Below, piece after piece: positions 26,542-35,091 of a DNA stretch of 45,336 nucleotides; position 1 is the first letter of the stretch; each line of letters opens with the position of its first letter. A program made the translations under genes and the position numbers. The notes under the pieces were generated by a model that worked only from the letters and a program-made list of their open reading frames with translations, had not been told where the DNA came from and searched no databases. Origin of the DNA: an uncultured Hydromonas sp. (lineage in GTDB: Bacteria > Pseudomonadota > Gammaproteobacteria > Burkholderiales > Burkholderiaceae); assembly GCA_964481695.1 (NCBI GenBank), contig CAYZVI010000001.1, positions 1-45,336 on the forward strand, in the 5' to 3' direction.

Positions 26542-28905
26542 TCAGTCGCTAAATGAGCGACCCAGATAAAAATAGAGATTGGCTTTACCATTTCGGGTGA
26601 TACCTAAGCCCAATTGAGCCGGTCCAATCGGTGTATTGATGGCACCAAATAAGCTGCCGGATGCTTTGAGTCCTTTGAGGCCGATGTCGTGGGTTTTTTC
26701 CCAAGTATTTCCCGCTTCGAGTGTTGAGCCGATTACTAATGGTTTGTTCAGTAGCTTCCACGAGGTGATATAACGATAAGAAATACCGGCTAATGCCAAG
26801 TAGTTGCCAATGAATTGGTTGGTCTCATAGCCGGATAAACGGTGATAGCCCCCTAAGTGATAGGGTGATAGATAGACACTGCCGGGGTTATTTTGCCCAG
26901 CAACTTCAAAGCCCAAGACAACAGAGTTGCGAGGGGTCAAGCGCTTGGCCCACATGGTTTTGATGCCTGCTTGAACAAAGCGTTTGGTATTGTTTTCCGG
27001 TCTGTGCGGTGCAACTCGGCCATAAGCTCGGAAATAAGTGCCTTCCGTTGGAATGTAGAGGTCATCCAATTGATCTATCGTTATTTCTGCGTCTAAGGTT
27101 AAGTGACGTTGGGTTTCCTGATTGATGGATAAGTTGGGATTGGTTTGATTACCCGACAGATGTGCCCGTTGCCAGCGTGCACCAATTCCCCATTCGCCTT
27201 TATCGCCGAGGGTTTGCCCTAATAGAATGCTCACGTTTTGGCGGTTGACATCGTATTCGGTAGCAACATCATCCTGATTCGGTAGATATGCAGCGTTACG
27301 ATCATAGTTGAAACTGAGCTGAGGACGGATAAACCAGTTCTGACCATAATTGAGCGGTTGATTAAATAAGGTGCTGATTTCAGTATTTTTCCCCAGTGTT
27401 AAGTAGCTGCGCCATTCGCCACCCCAGCGGTTGATCCAGACGTTGCGGTGAGACAGGTGCAAGGCTACGTTTTGTTTGGTCAAGTTGCTGGTTGCAATTT
27501 CCAATCCCGCGGTAACTGCATTGTTTGCAGAATCTTTTTCTTGAACGATATAAACCAGCTCATAGTCATCACCAACTGGTTGAATGTCGTAACGTACTGA
27601 TTGGATTCGATCCAGATTCATGAGTTGTCGAATATCTTCATTCACCAATGCGATATTGAGAGGTTTTCCTTTCGGATGTGTGATTTTCCGGCTCAGAGCT
27701 TCAGGGTTGGCAATGCCGTTGGTTTGCACACGAACAAATCGAATTAATTTTGCAGGTGATGGTTTTGCATCGTGTTTACTGACCCAAGTTTGATATTCTT
27801 GATCGGATGTGGCAAAAGTTGTTATTTTCTGAGCAATTTTTGGTTCGCGCATGGATTTTTCGCCGTATTTGATTGCATCGGTGATACGATCAAATTGCAA
27901 ATTAGCTATATCTCCAGCCTCTACATTCACATATGCATCTTTCTGCCCCAGGGTTTTAATTTCTGCAATGACGTTACGTTGTACAAGAATATTGAGCAAT
28001 TGTTCAGAAATATTAACCACATTTTTTATCTGCTCTTTCTTCAATAAACCTGTGCCAACATTCACTGCAATAATACGATCGGCGCCCATTTGGCGTGCTA
28101 CGTCAATCGGTAAGTTGCTGGCAACCATCCCATCAACCAGCATACGACCATTCATTTCGACTGGGGCAAATACGGCTGGGATTGACATACTGGCACGCAT
28201 GGCTTCAGATAATTTGCCATTACTTAAAACAACTTTTTCTCCGGTGGCGATATCTGTCGCTACCGCCCGAAAAGGAATCGGTAGGCGGTCAAAATCCATG
28301 TTGTAGGGATAATCTTGGACGATTTCGCGTAGGGCTTGTTCTACTTTGGTGTCTTGTATCACGGCTTGAGGTAGAGCTGTTGCTCCCTCGCGGGTGATAC
28401 TGATGTCAACCATGCTGGTCCCAGGATATTCGTTGGCGCGAGTGAATTGGGCTTGTGTACGACGATTTTGTCTGGCAAACAAAATTTTATCAAAGTCCAT
28501 GGCTCTGACGCGTTTTTCAATTTCATCCAGACTCAATCCGCTTGCGTACATGCCACCGATTAGCGCGCCTGCGCTGGTACCTGCGATGTAGTCAATCGGT
28601 ACATGCAGTCGTTCCAGCTCGCGCAATACGCCGATATGTGCCAAACCACGAGCGCCACCACCTGAAAGGGCAAGCCCAATTTTTGGGCGTTGGGTTTGAG
28701 GGGTATTGCTGGTGGATTTTTGCGCTGTATCCGCAGCGTTTGTTACCGGAGTGTTGTTGATACTTTCGCTGGTTTCCTGCGCAAAGGTATGATTCGATAT
28801 TGCCCAAGATGAACAAATCAAAGTCATTAAAATCCCGCGACGCAGAATTTGGGCATTGAATATATGATTGAATTCAAATCTTGAGCAATGCATTATGGGC
28901 TCCAT
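26542..28905 (-). CDS. Patatin-like phospholipase fused to a POTRA/Omp85 beta-barrel (PlpD-like, type Vd secretion architecture)
   Basis: A signal peptide is followed by GLALSGGGARGLAHIGV (oxyanion hole), AGTSAGALIGG (the GxSxG nucleophile) and LVDGMV (the Asp of the dyad). The C-terminal ~300 aa have an alternating beta-strand pattern ending ..LYFYLGRSFSD. The start could instead be ATG 28893. Confidence 0.85.
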   Translation of the reverse strand: MEPIMHCSRFEFNHIFNAQILRRGILMTLICSSWAISNHTFAQETSESINNTPVTNAADTAQKSTSNTPQTQRPKIGLALSGGGARGLAHIGVLRELERLHVPIDYIAGTSAGALIGGMYASGLSLDEIEKRVRAMDFDKILFARQNRRTQAQFTRANEYPGTSMVDISITREGATALPQAVIQDTKVEQALREIVQDYPYNMDFDRLPIPFRAVATDIATGEKVVLSNGKLSEAMRASMSIPAVFAPVEMNGRMLVDGMVASNLPIDVARQMGADRIIAVNVGTGLLKKEQIKNVVNISEQLLNILVQRNVIAEIKTLGQKDAYVNVEAGDIANLQFDRITDAIKYGEKSMREPKIAQKITTFATSDQEYQTWVSKHDAKPSPAKLIRFVRVQTNGIANPEALSRKITHPKGKPLNIALVNEDIRQLMNLDRIQSVRYDIQPVGDDYELVYIVQEKDSANNAVTAGLEIATSNLTKQNVALHLSHRNVWINRWGGEWRSYLTLGKNTEISTLFNQPLNYGQNWFIRPQLSFNYDRNAAYLPNQDDVATEYDVNRQNVSILLGQTLGDKGEWGIGARWQRAHLSGNQTNPNLSINQETQRHLTLDAEITIDQLDDLYIPTEGTYFRAYGRVAPHRPENNTKRFVQAGIKTMWAKRLTPRNSVVLGFEVAGQNNPGSVYLSPYHLGGYHRLSGYETNQFIGNYLALAGISYRYITSWKLLNKPLVIGSTLEAGNTWEKTHDIGLKGLKASGSLFGAINTPIGPAQLGLGITRNGKANLYFYLGRSFSD

Positions 28906-29717
28906 CAGTGTTTTGTAATGGTGTACAGCATATGCAACCCCAGCGCCAATAGGAGTACAGCAAAAATTTTCTTAATAGTTGCAACAGGCCAAACCTGAGC
29001 CGCACGTGCGCCCAAAGGGGCAAATAACGCACTGGTCATCACCACGCCAATAACGGCTGGCCAATAAATATAGGCGATGGTATGGGGTGGTAGTCCGCTG
29101 ACATGATAAAAACTGATCAAATACCAAATGACTGCGCTCAGTGCAATCGGGAATCCGAGTGTGGCAGAACTACCGATGGCTCGACGTACTGGGGTATTAC
29201 AAGCGATGAGAAAGGGAACGGTAATGAATCCACCTCCAGCAGAGATGAGGGTGGAAATTGAACCGATCAGAGTTCCTACGCCGAATAATGAGCCAGCTCC
29301 GGGCAAGGTACGTGATGCTTTTGGCTGCCCTCCGAAAGCCATGCTGTATGCTGTATAGAAAGTAAATGCAACGAAAATGACCCGTAAAGGTGTTGTCGGA
29401 ATTAGGTGGACCAGATATGTGCCGAGTAAAGTACCCACAATGATACCCGGTAAAATGCCCTTGACCGCAGGCCATTCGACATTTTTATGTGATACATGTG
29501 AACGCATGCTGGAAAAAGAGGTGAATAGAATGGTTGCTGTCGAGGTTGCAAGTGCTATTTTGTGCAAATCGGGGTGTTGCATGCCACTGGCTGTCAAAAT
29601 AATAGTGATGAAAGGGACGGAAATTAATCCGCCACCGACACCTAAGAGACCAGCCATAAATCCCGCTAAGCAACCGAGCAAAGGATAACACAGCCATAAC
29701 CAATTAAAACTGTCCAC
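28905..29717 (-). CDS. TauE/SafE family (DUF81) anion exporter
   Basis: A 270-aa ORF has about 8 TM helices and repeated GxGGG motifs (LLGVGGGLISVP, ISAGGGFITVP). Its stop overlaps the start of the PlpD-like gene (TGATG). Confidence 0.85.
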   Translation of the reverse strand: MDSFNWLWLCYPLLGCLAGFMAGLLGVGGGLISVPFITIILTASGMQHPDLHKIALATSTATILFTSFSSMRSHVSHKNVEWPAVKGILPGIIVGTLLGTYLVHLIPTTPLRVIFVAFTFYTAYSMAFGGQPKASRTLPGAGSLFGVGTLIGSISTLISAGGGFITVPFLIACNTPVRRAIGSSATLGFPIALSAVIWYLISFYHVSGLPPHTIAYIYWPAVIGVVMTSALFAPLGARAAQVWPVATIKKIFAVLLLALGLHMLYTITKH

Positions 29718-29840
29718 TATGACCTCAAAAAATGAAAATAGGATAATGAGATAAGCGCAAATGATCCAAATAATATGGAATATTAAAGTATTTTTATTAT
29801 GAAGATAATATTTGTGTGCTTATTTTAATTTGCGCGCATA

Positions 29841-30022
29841 AAAAATTCCCGCGCCATTCGTTGAGCCTAACCCTTGAACCTTGCGGTTCAGGGCGCTGCA
29901 ATCAATTAGGCTTTAGGTTCATCTGACTAAGAGACGATCACACCAGCCTAATGCTGTTTCACAGCTAAAGTACATTATTGGTTCAAAGAGCTGCGGCGAA
30001 TAATCGCGAATGGTGCAGGAAT
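29841..30022 (-). ncRNA. ssrS: 6S RNA
   Basis: The minus-strand transcript is about 180 nt. The 5' AUUCCUGCACCAUUCG pairs with the 3' CGAAUGGCGCGGGAAU as a closing helix. The 5' CUCUUUGAACC pairs with the 3' GGUUCAAGGG. The 3' half, CCCUGAACCGCAAGGUUCAAGGGUUAGGCUC, closely parallels E. coli 6S (CCUUGAACCAAGGGUUCAAGGGUUACAGCCUG, recalled). The RNA ends in a U-run, and a perfect -10 sits 7 nt upstream of the 5' A. Confidence 0.75.
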
Positions 30023-30028
30023 GCGTTC

Positions 30029-30034
30029 ATTATA
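30029..30034 (-). promoter_or_regulatory. -10 hexamer (TATAAT) of the ssrS promoter
   Basis: The minus strand reads ..CTGATATAATGAACGC-A, so the predicted start A at 30022 coincides with the first base of the closing helix. No good -35 is seen. Confidence 0.55.
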
Positions 30035-30089
30035 TCAGATTCCGCACTTGAACCGATGCGGTTTTAGGGTCATCGCTCGCACATGATAT

Positions 30090-30122
30090 CTTCAGACTTT
30101 CTTCAGCTATTTCGGTTATGAT
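30090..30122 (+). promoter_or_regulatory. Direct-repeat (OmpR/PmrA-type) activator site plus -10 upstream of eptA
   Basis: CTTCAG ACTTT CTTCAG (30090-30106) is followed by 10 nt and then TATGAT (30117-30122). The hexamers are in 11-bp phase, resembling the PmrA/BasR box CTTAAT-N5-CTTAAT. Confidence 0.4.
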
Positions 30123-30202
30123 GCTCAGCCTGAAAAAGGAATCGATTGAAACTTCAAATTCGAATGCTGTAGTCAATTAGTAATTTATAAAATCAATCTC
30201 AT

Positions 30203-31849
30203 ATGATTAGTAATTTAAGTCTCACAAACATTAAACAACTTTTTATCCAGCGCAATACGTGGACCGTGCAGAGTTTGGCTGGTTTAGTGGCTTTGTTTCT
30301 CTCGGTTTTTACCAACTGGGCTTTTTTGCAGCACGCCAAACAGGTGTATTACCCGCAGAACATCGGTTTTGTTATTGCCTTGATGGTGATGTTGTTTGCG
30401 TTGAATTATCTGCTCGTGTCCTTAATTAGCACGCGTTACACGGTGAAATTGTTGGGAGCATTGATTTTGATTCTCTCCGCAGTAGTGGCCTATCACATGG
30501 ATACTTTTGATGTGGTAATTGATAAGGTGATGTTGCAGAATGTGGCCGAAACCCAAACCAGAGAGGTGCGCGATTTATTGACCTTTAAATTTGTCGGCTA
30601 TGTGTTGCTTTTAGGTATATTGCCAGCATGGTGGTTGCTGAGACAAAAAGTTCAACGTACGGGATTAATGCGTGGGTTTTGGTCTAAACTCAAGGGTTTA
30701 GGCATTGCTTTATTGGTAATTGGGCTAATGGTTGGTATTTTTAATAAAGACATGGCTTCTTTCGTGCGCGAGCATAAAGCAGTGCGTTTCTATACCAATC
30801 CATTGACCTATCTGTATTCAGCGGGGCAATTTATCGCAAGTCGTTTTGCAGATCACACGACACATGTAGCAGCAATCGGAGCCGATGCTAAGGTTCCAGC
30901 CAATGATAAAGAGTTCGATTTGGTTATTTTGCTTGTGGGTGAAACCGCAAGGGCAGATCATTGGTCTTTGAATGGCTATCCGAAACTGACCAATCCTCTT
31001 TTATCGAAAGAACCCAACTTAGTCAGCTTTACCAATATTTCTTCGTGTGGCACCAGTACGGCGGTATCCGTGCCGTGTATGTTTACCAACTTTGGTCGAG
31101 ATGGTTATAGCCAGAAGAAATTCAATAGCACTGAAAATGCACTGGATGTACTCAAACGCGCCGGTGTAGAGGTTCTTTGGCGTGATAATAACTCCAGTTC
31201 TAAAGGCGTAGCTGATCGTGTGACCTACCAAGACTATCAAACATCTAAACTCAATACGGTGTGTGATGCCGAAGAGTGCCGAGATGAAGGGATGTTGGTT
31301 GGTTTGCAGGAATACATCAATACTCATCCGAAAAAAGATATTTTGATTGTATTGCACACCATGGGCAGCCATGGCCCAGCCTATTACAAACGTTATCCGA
31401 AGCAATTTGAGCATTTCACACCGACTTGTCAGAATAATCAGCTCGAAAAATGCAGTCAGGACTCCATCAGCAATGCGTTTGATAACACCATTGTTTATTC
31501 GGACTATGTGATTGCCAAAACCATAGAGTTGCTCAAAGCGAATCAAGATAAATACGACACCAGTATGATCTATATGTCTGATCACGGGGAGTCCTTGGGT
31601 GAAAATGGCGTATACCTACACGGAATGCCTTATGCCATCGCGCCAAAAGTCCAGAAAAATCCCGCTACGGCCATTTGGGTTGGCAAGGGTTTTCATGGTG
31701 TGACGGTGGATAAGCTCAAACCTTTCGCGAATGAAGCTTTATCGCACGATAATTTATTCCATACCTTACTGGGTAGCTTTGAGGTTCAGTCCGAGGTGTA
31801 TAAGCCACAACTGGATATCTTCCACATGGCGGGAGGGCATGGATCTTAA
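30203..31849 (+). CDS. eptA: Phosphoethanolamine--lipid A transferase (EptA/MCR family)
   Basis: Five N-terminal TM helices precede a sulfatase-fold domain. The blocks GETARADH, CGTSTAVSVPCMF, WRDNNSSSKGV, ECRDEGMLVGL, HTMGSHGPAYYKRYP and DHGESLGENGVYLHGMP match EptA and MCR-1 as recalled. Confidence 0.92.
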   Translation: MISNLSLTNIKQLFIQRNTWTVQSLAGLVALFLSVFTNWAFLQHAKQVYYPQNIGFVIALMVMLFALNYLLVSLISTRYTVKLLGALILILSAVVAYHMDTFDVVIDKVMLQNVAETQTREVRDLLTFKFVGYVLLLGILPAWWLLRQKVQRTGLMRGFWSKLKGLGIALLVIGLMVGIFNKDMASFVREHKAVRFYTNPLTYLYSAGQFIASRFADHTTHVAAIGADAKVPANDKEFDLVILLVGETARADHWSLNGYPKLTNPLLSKEPNLVSFTNISSCGTSTAVSVPCMFTNFGRDGYSQKKFNSTENALDVLKRAGVEVLWRDNNSSSKGVADRVTYQDYQTSKLNTVCDAEECRDEGMLVGLQEYINTHPKKDILIVLHTMGSHGPAYYKRYPKQFEHFTPTCQNNQLEKCSQDSISNAFDNTIVYSDYVIAKTIELLKANQDKYDTSMIYMSDHGESLGENGVYLHGMPYAIAPKVQKNPATAIWVGKGFHGVTVDKLKPFANEALSHDNLFHTLLGSFEVQSEVYKPQLDIFHMAGGHGS

Positions 31850-31871
31850 ATCTAGAATTGGGTATCAAACT

Positions 31872-31899
31872 CTTGAAAAATCGCTATTTGCCCCTATTT
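31872..31899 (+). promoter_or_regulatory. Sigma-32-type heat-shock promoter upstream of htpX
   Basis: CTTGAA is followed by 13 nt and then CCCCTATTT. The consensus is CTTGAA-N13-17-CCCCATNT. E. coli htpX is a known sigma-32 regulon member. Confidence 0.5.
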
Positions 31900-32013
31900 C
31901 CTGCACAGTGATCGGTTTTAATTCATAATCTCATTGTTGAAGCGATTTTCAGTAGCGCGCGACAAATGAAACCGTTCTAAATTTCACAGACATTTTTATT
32001 GAGAGGATATGCC

Positions 32014-32895
32014 GTGAAACGAATTTTCCTGTTTTTGATGACCAATATTGCCGTGATGGTCGTGATCAGCGTGGTATTGAACCTGCTGAACCTCAACGGC
32101 GCTTTGTCCATGCGCAATGGCGATATGATGGGGTTGTTGGCTGCGTCGGCGGTGATCGGCTTTACCGGCTCGATTATTTCCCTGCTCATGTCAAAAACCA
32201 TGGCAAAAATGTCCGTGGGCGCCCAGGTCATTGAACAACCAAGCAACGAAATGGAACAATGGCTGGTTGAAACGGTACGTCGTCAAGCCACCCAAGCCAA
32301 TATCGGTATGCCAGAGGTAGCGATTTACGAATCACCCGATGTGAATGCCTTCGCTACAGGTGCAAGCAAAAACAGCTCCTTGGTGGCGGTTTCTACTGGT
32401 TTGCTGCGCAGCATGTCGCGTTCAGAAGCGGAAGCGGTTTTGGCGCATGAGGTTTCACACGTTGCGAACGGTGATATGGTGACTTTGACCCTGATTCAGG
32501 GCGTGGTTAACACCTTCGTATTCTTCTTCTCACGCATCATTGGTAACCTGATTGACCGCGTGGTGTTTAAAAACGAAGATGATGCACCGGGGCCGGCATA
32601 CTTCATCACCAGCCTGATTGCGCAGATTTTCTTAGGCTTCTTGGCCACCATGATTGTCATGTGGTTCTCACGTCAACGTGAATACCGGGCGGATGCGGGT
32701 GGTGCGCATTTGTCTGGCCGTCAGAATATGATCGGCGCTTTAAAACGTTTGCAAGCGGTACACGAGCCCGAGCACACGCCGCAAAATATCCAAGCTTTGG
32801 GTATTTCAGGCAAACGCTCAGGTCTGATGCACTTGTTTATGAGTCACCCTCCGCTGGAAGAGCGCATTGCGCGTTTACAACAAGCGACCCAGTAA
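32014..32895 (+). CDS. htpX: Membrane zinc metalloprotease HtpX (M48)
   Basis: It is collinear with E. coli HtpX ([52 protein letters not shown]). I prefer GTG 32014 with GAGAGGA 7 nt upstream over the TTG at 31999. Confidence 0.95.
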   Translation: MKRIFLFLMTNIAVMVVISVVLNLLNLNGALSMRNGDMMGLLAASAVIGFTGSIISLLMSKTMAKMSVGAQVIEQPSNEMEQWLVETVRRQATQANIGMPEVAIYESPDVNAFATGASKNSSLVAVSTGLLRSMSRSEAEAVLAHEVSHVANGDMVTLTLIQGVVNTFVFFFSRIIGNLIDRVVFKNEDDAPGPAYFITSLIAQIFLGFLATMIVMWFSRQREYRADAGGAHLSGRQNMIGALKRLQAVHEPEHTPQNIQALGISGKRSGLMHLFMSHPPLEERIARLQQATQ

Positions 32896-32913
32896 AATTG
32901 ATGAAATTCATTT

Positions 32914-32944
32914 AAACCGCTGTTTTGACAGCGGTTTTTTATTT
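32914..32944 (+). terminator. Rho-independent terminator of htpX
   Basis: AAACCGCTG ttttga CAGCGGTTTTTTATTTT. Confidence 0.85.
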
Positions 32945-33054
32945 TACTTAATACAGTGCACTTTACAATTCTTAACCTAAAAACGATTACATTTGTACTA
33001 CAATCCTCTAATTCAAAAGTTATATTTGATCGTTCATGTTGAGGAAGGTGTTCT

Positions 33055-34623
33055 ATGAAATATATGATTAAACCCATTTTTGCCTTAAGCTCGATGTTGG
33101 CATTGGGTATGGTTCAGGCTGCGGATTCAGGTGCGAGCGCAGTACCTTCGGCAAGTGTGCCTGCCGGAGTGGGAGCACCGCCAACGATGGATGCACAATT
33201 GCCGATACACAAATCTGGTGTGTACAGTTTGGACTTTGATGCGAAAAATTATACGGTCAAAAGTATCAACGTAGCGGGTCAGGCGGTTCGATACCGTGCG
33301 TTTGAAAATATTGTTTATGTCATACATCCGGTGGATACGAAATACGAGCGCATGAATGTCTATGTGCCGCAAGCCTATTACGAGGGTAAAAATATTGGGC
33401 GCTACAATTTACAGAATGCACCGATATTCTTCCCGAACTCAGTCGGTGGCTATATGCCGGGCGATCCCGGCAGTCCGGGGATAGATAGGGCGGGCAATAG
33501 TGCAAATGCCATCGCCGTCGCTTTGTCCAAAGGCTACGTCGTTGCAGCGCCGGGCGCGCGTGGACGCACGACGAAAAATGAGGCGGGGCAATACACTGGC
33601 AAAGCACCCGCCGCAATCGTTGACCTTAAAGCTGCGGTGCGCTATCTGCGTTACAACGATAAAGTTATGCCGGGCGATGCGGAGAAAATTATTTCCAATG
33701 GCACGAGTGCGGGCGGCGCATTGTCGGCTTTGCTCGGCGCGAGCGGCAATCATCCCGATTATGAGCCGTATTTGCAAGCCATAGGCGCAGCCAAAACGCG
33801 TGATGATATTTTCGCCGTGTCCGCTTACTGCCCGATTCTCAATCTGGAGCATGCCGATGCGGCGTATGAGTGGCAGTTCAACGGTGTCAACGAATATAAA
33901 AAAATGGTCCTGTCACAAATGATTGACTGGCGCATGGAGCGCAAAGAAGTACAGGGCACATTGACGGCAGATCAGATCAAGGTTTCGGATGAACTCAAGG
34001 TTTTGTTCCCCAATTATCTCAATAGTCTCGGACTGAAAACACCGGATGGCAAACGTTTGATACTGGATGCGCAGGGTGAAGGCAGCTTTAAAGAATACGT
34101 CAAATCTCATGTGATCGCGTCGGCGCAAAACGTCTTGAATGCAGGTACGGACTTGTCTGCGCTTCAATGGCTGACCATCAAGGACGGTAAAGTCGTTGAT
34201 GTGAACTTCAAACAATACATACAGTCCACTCTGCGTATGAAAACTCCACCGGCCTTTGACGCGCTGGATTTGAGCAGTGGTGAGAATGAATTATTCGGTG
34301 TAGCCGCCGTTGCCGCCAAGCATTTCACGCCTTATGCACTGAACAACAGCACGGCCAAAGGCGAAATGGCCGACGCTGAGTTGATCAAAATGATGAATCC
34401 AATGCACTATCTCGGTATGAAAAATACGAACCATACCCAGCATTGGCGCATTCGGCACGGGACGATAGACCGTGATACCTCACTCGCCATTCCGGTGATT
34501 TTGGCAACGAAATTGCAACAATCAGGCAAACAGGTGGACTTTGCGCTGCCGTGGAACCGTCCGCACAGCGGCGACTACGATTTGGATGAGCTGTTTGCGT
34601 GGGTGGAGAAGATCACCCGTTAA
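33055..34623 (+). CDS. Secreted alpha/beta hydrolase, tannase (subtype B)-like esterase
   Basis: The signal peptide is MLALGMVQA/AD. The nucleophile elbow is NGTSAGGALSALLGASGN. The blocks VDLKAAVRYLRYND and DDIFAVSAYCPILNLEHADAAYEWQF resemble Lactobacillus-type tannases as I remember them. Confidence 0.65.
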   Translation: MKYMIKPIFALSSMLALGMVQAADSGASAVPSASVPAGVGAPPTMDAQLPIHKSGVYSLDFDAKNYTVKSINVAGQAVRYRAFENIVYVIHPVDTKYERMNVYVPQAYYEGKNIGRYNLQNAPIFFPNSVGGYMPGDPGSPGIDRAGNSANAIAVALSKGYVVAAPGARGRTTKNEAGQYTGKAPAAIVDLKAAVRYLRYNDKVMPGDAEKIISNGTSAGGALSALLGASGNHPDYEPYLQAIGAAKTRDDIFAVSAYCPILNLEHADAAYEWQFNGVNEYKKMVLSQMIDWRMERKEVQGTLTADQIKVSDELKVLFPNYLNSLGLKTPDGKRLILDAQGEGSFKEYVKSHVIASAQNVLNAGTDLSALQWLTIKDGKVVDVNFKQYIQSTLRMKTPPAFDALDLSSGENELFGVAAVAAKHFTPYALNNSTAKGEMADAELIKMMNPMHYLGMKNTNHTQHWRIRHGTIDRDTSLAIPVILATKLQQSGKQVDFALPWNRPHSGDYDLDELFAWVEKITR

Positions 34624-34635
34624 TTGGTGGACAAT

Positions 34636-34670
34636 AAAAAAACCGCTGCTAAATCTACAGCGGTTTTTTT
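34636..34670. terminator. Bidirectional terminator between the hydrolase gene and the GGCT-like gene
   Basis: AAAAAAACCGCTG ctaaatcta CAGCGGTTTTTTT. The stem arms are identical to those of the htpX terminator. Confidence 0.85.
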
Positions 34671-34685
34671 ATTGATTAGGATGGG

Positions 34686-35030
34686 TTAATCTGCATCCTT
34701 TGCGTTGGCATAAATCCATGCGTGTTCGCCGGACTTCAGCGTACCGAGTTTTCGGGTATAGGAGGCGACTTCATACAAATCCGCTTGCGATAATTCGTGC
34801 TCGGTGATTTCGAACACAGTACCCCATACTTCATCCGTGGACAGGTTGGTACGTATAAGCATAGGGTGGAACCGTTTGCCAGGCAAGGCTAATGCTTTTG
34901 GGTCAGTGATTTCAACTTCGCCAACGGTGTAGCCGACCAGCGCATCTTTTATACCATACAGCTCTCGTCCGAAAGTTTCGATTTGCACCTCGGTTTGTTG
35001 TAGCGTACCGTATGAAAAGAGTTTTTCCAT
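34686..35030 (-). CDS. Gamma-glutamylcyclotransferase (AIG2/GGACT-like) family protein
   Basis: A 114-aa ORF has the N-terminal LFSYGTLQ motif typical of the AIG2-like fold. Confidence 0.75.
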   Translation of the reverse strand: MEKLFSYGTLQQTEVQIETFGRELYGIKDALVGYTVGEVEITDPKALALPGKRFHPMLIRTNLSTDEVWGTVFEITEHELSQADLYEVASYTRKLGTLKSGEHAWIYANAKDAD

Positions 35031-35091
35031 TTGGTTTCTCCGACAATCAGTTTGTGTTCGGTGAAGCTATCTGATAAAGAGCGACGGTTTA

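Noticed and set aside
29821-30060. The structured region upstream of the TauE gene, first considered as a riboswitch or leader.
   Set aside because: No TPP, cobalamin, SAM or other riboswitch core motifs were recognised. The long closing helix, the central-bubble arrangement and the GGUUCAAGGGUUA block fit 6S RNA instead.
31019-31585. A 188-aa antisense ORF inside eptA. Similar long antisense ORFs occur inside aspS (35805-36170, 36647-36985), the DUF853 gene (23257-23646), the PlpD-like gene (27851-28306) and acnB (44226-44675, 44828-45325).
   Set aside because: Each is antisense to a gene with unambiguous conserved motifs. Each has a biased Arg/His/Cys-rich composition and no RBS. Long antisense frames are expected by chance in these coding regions.
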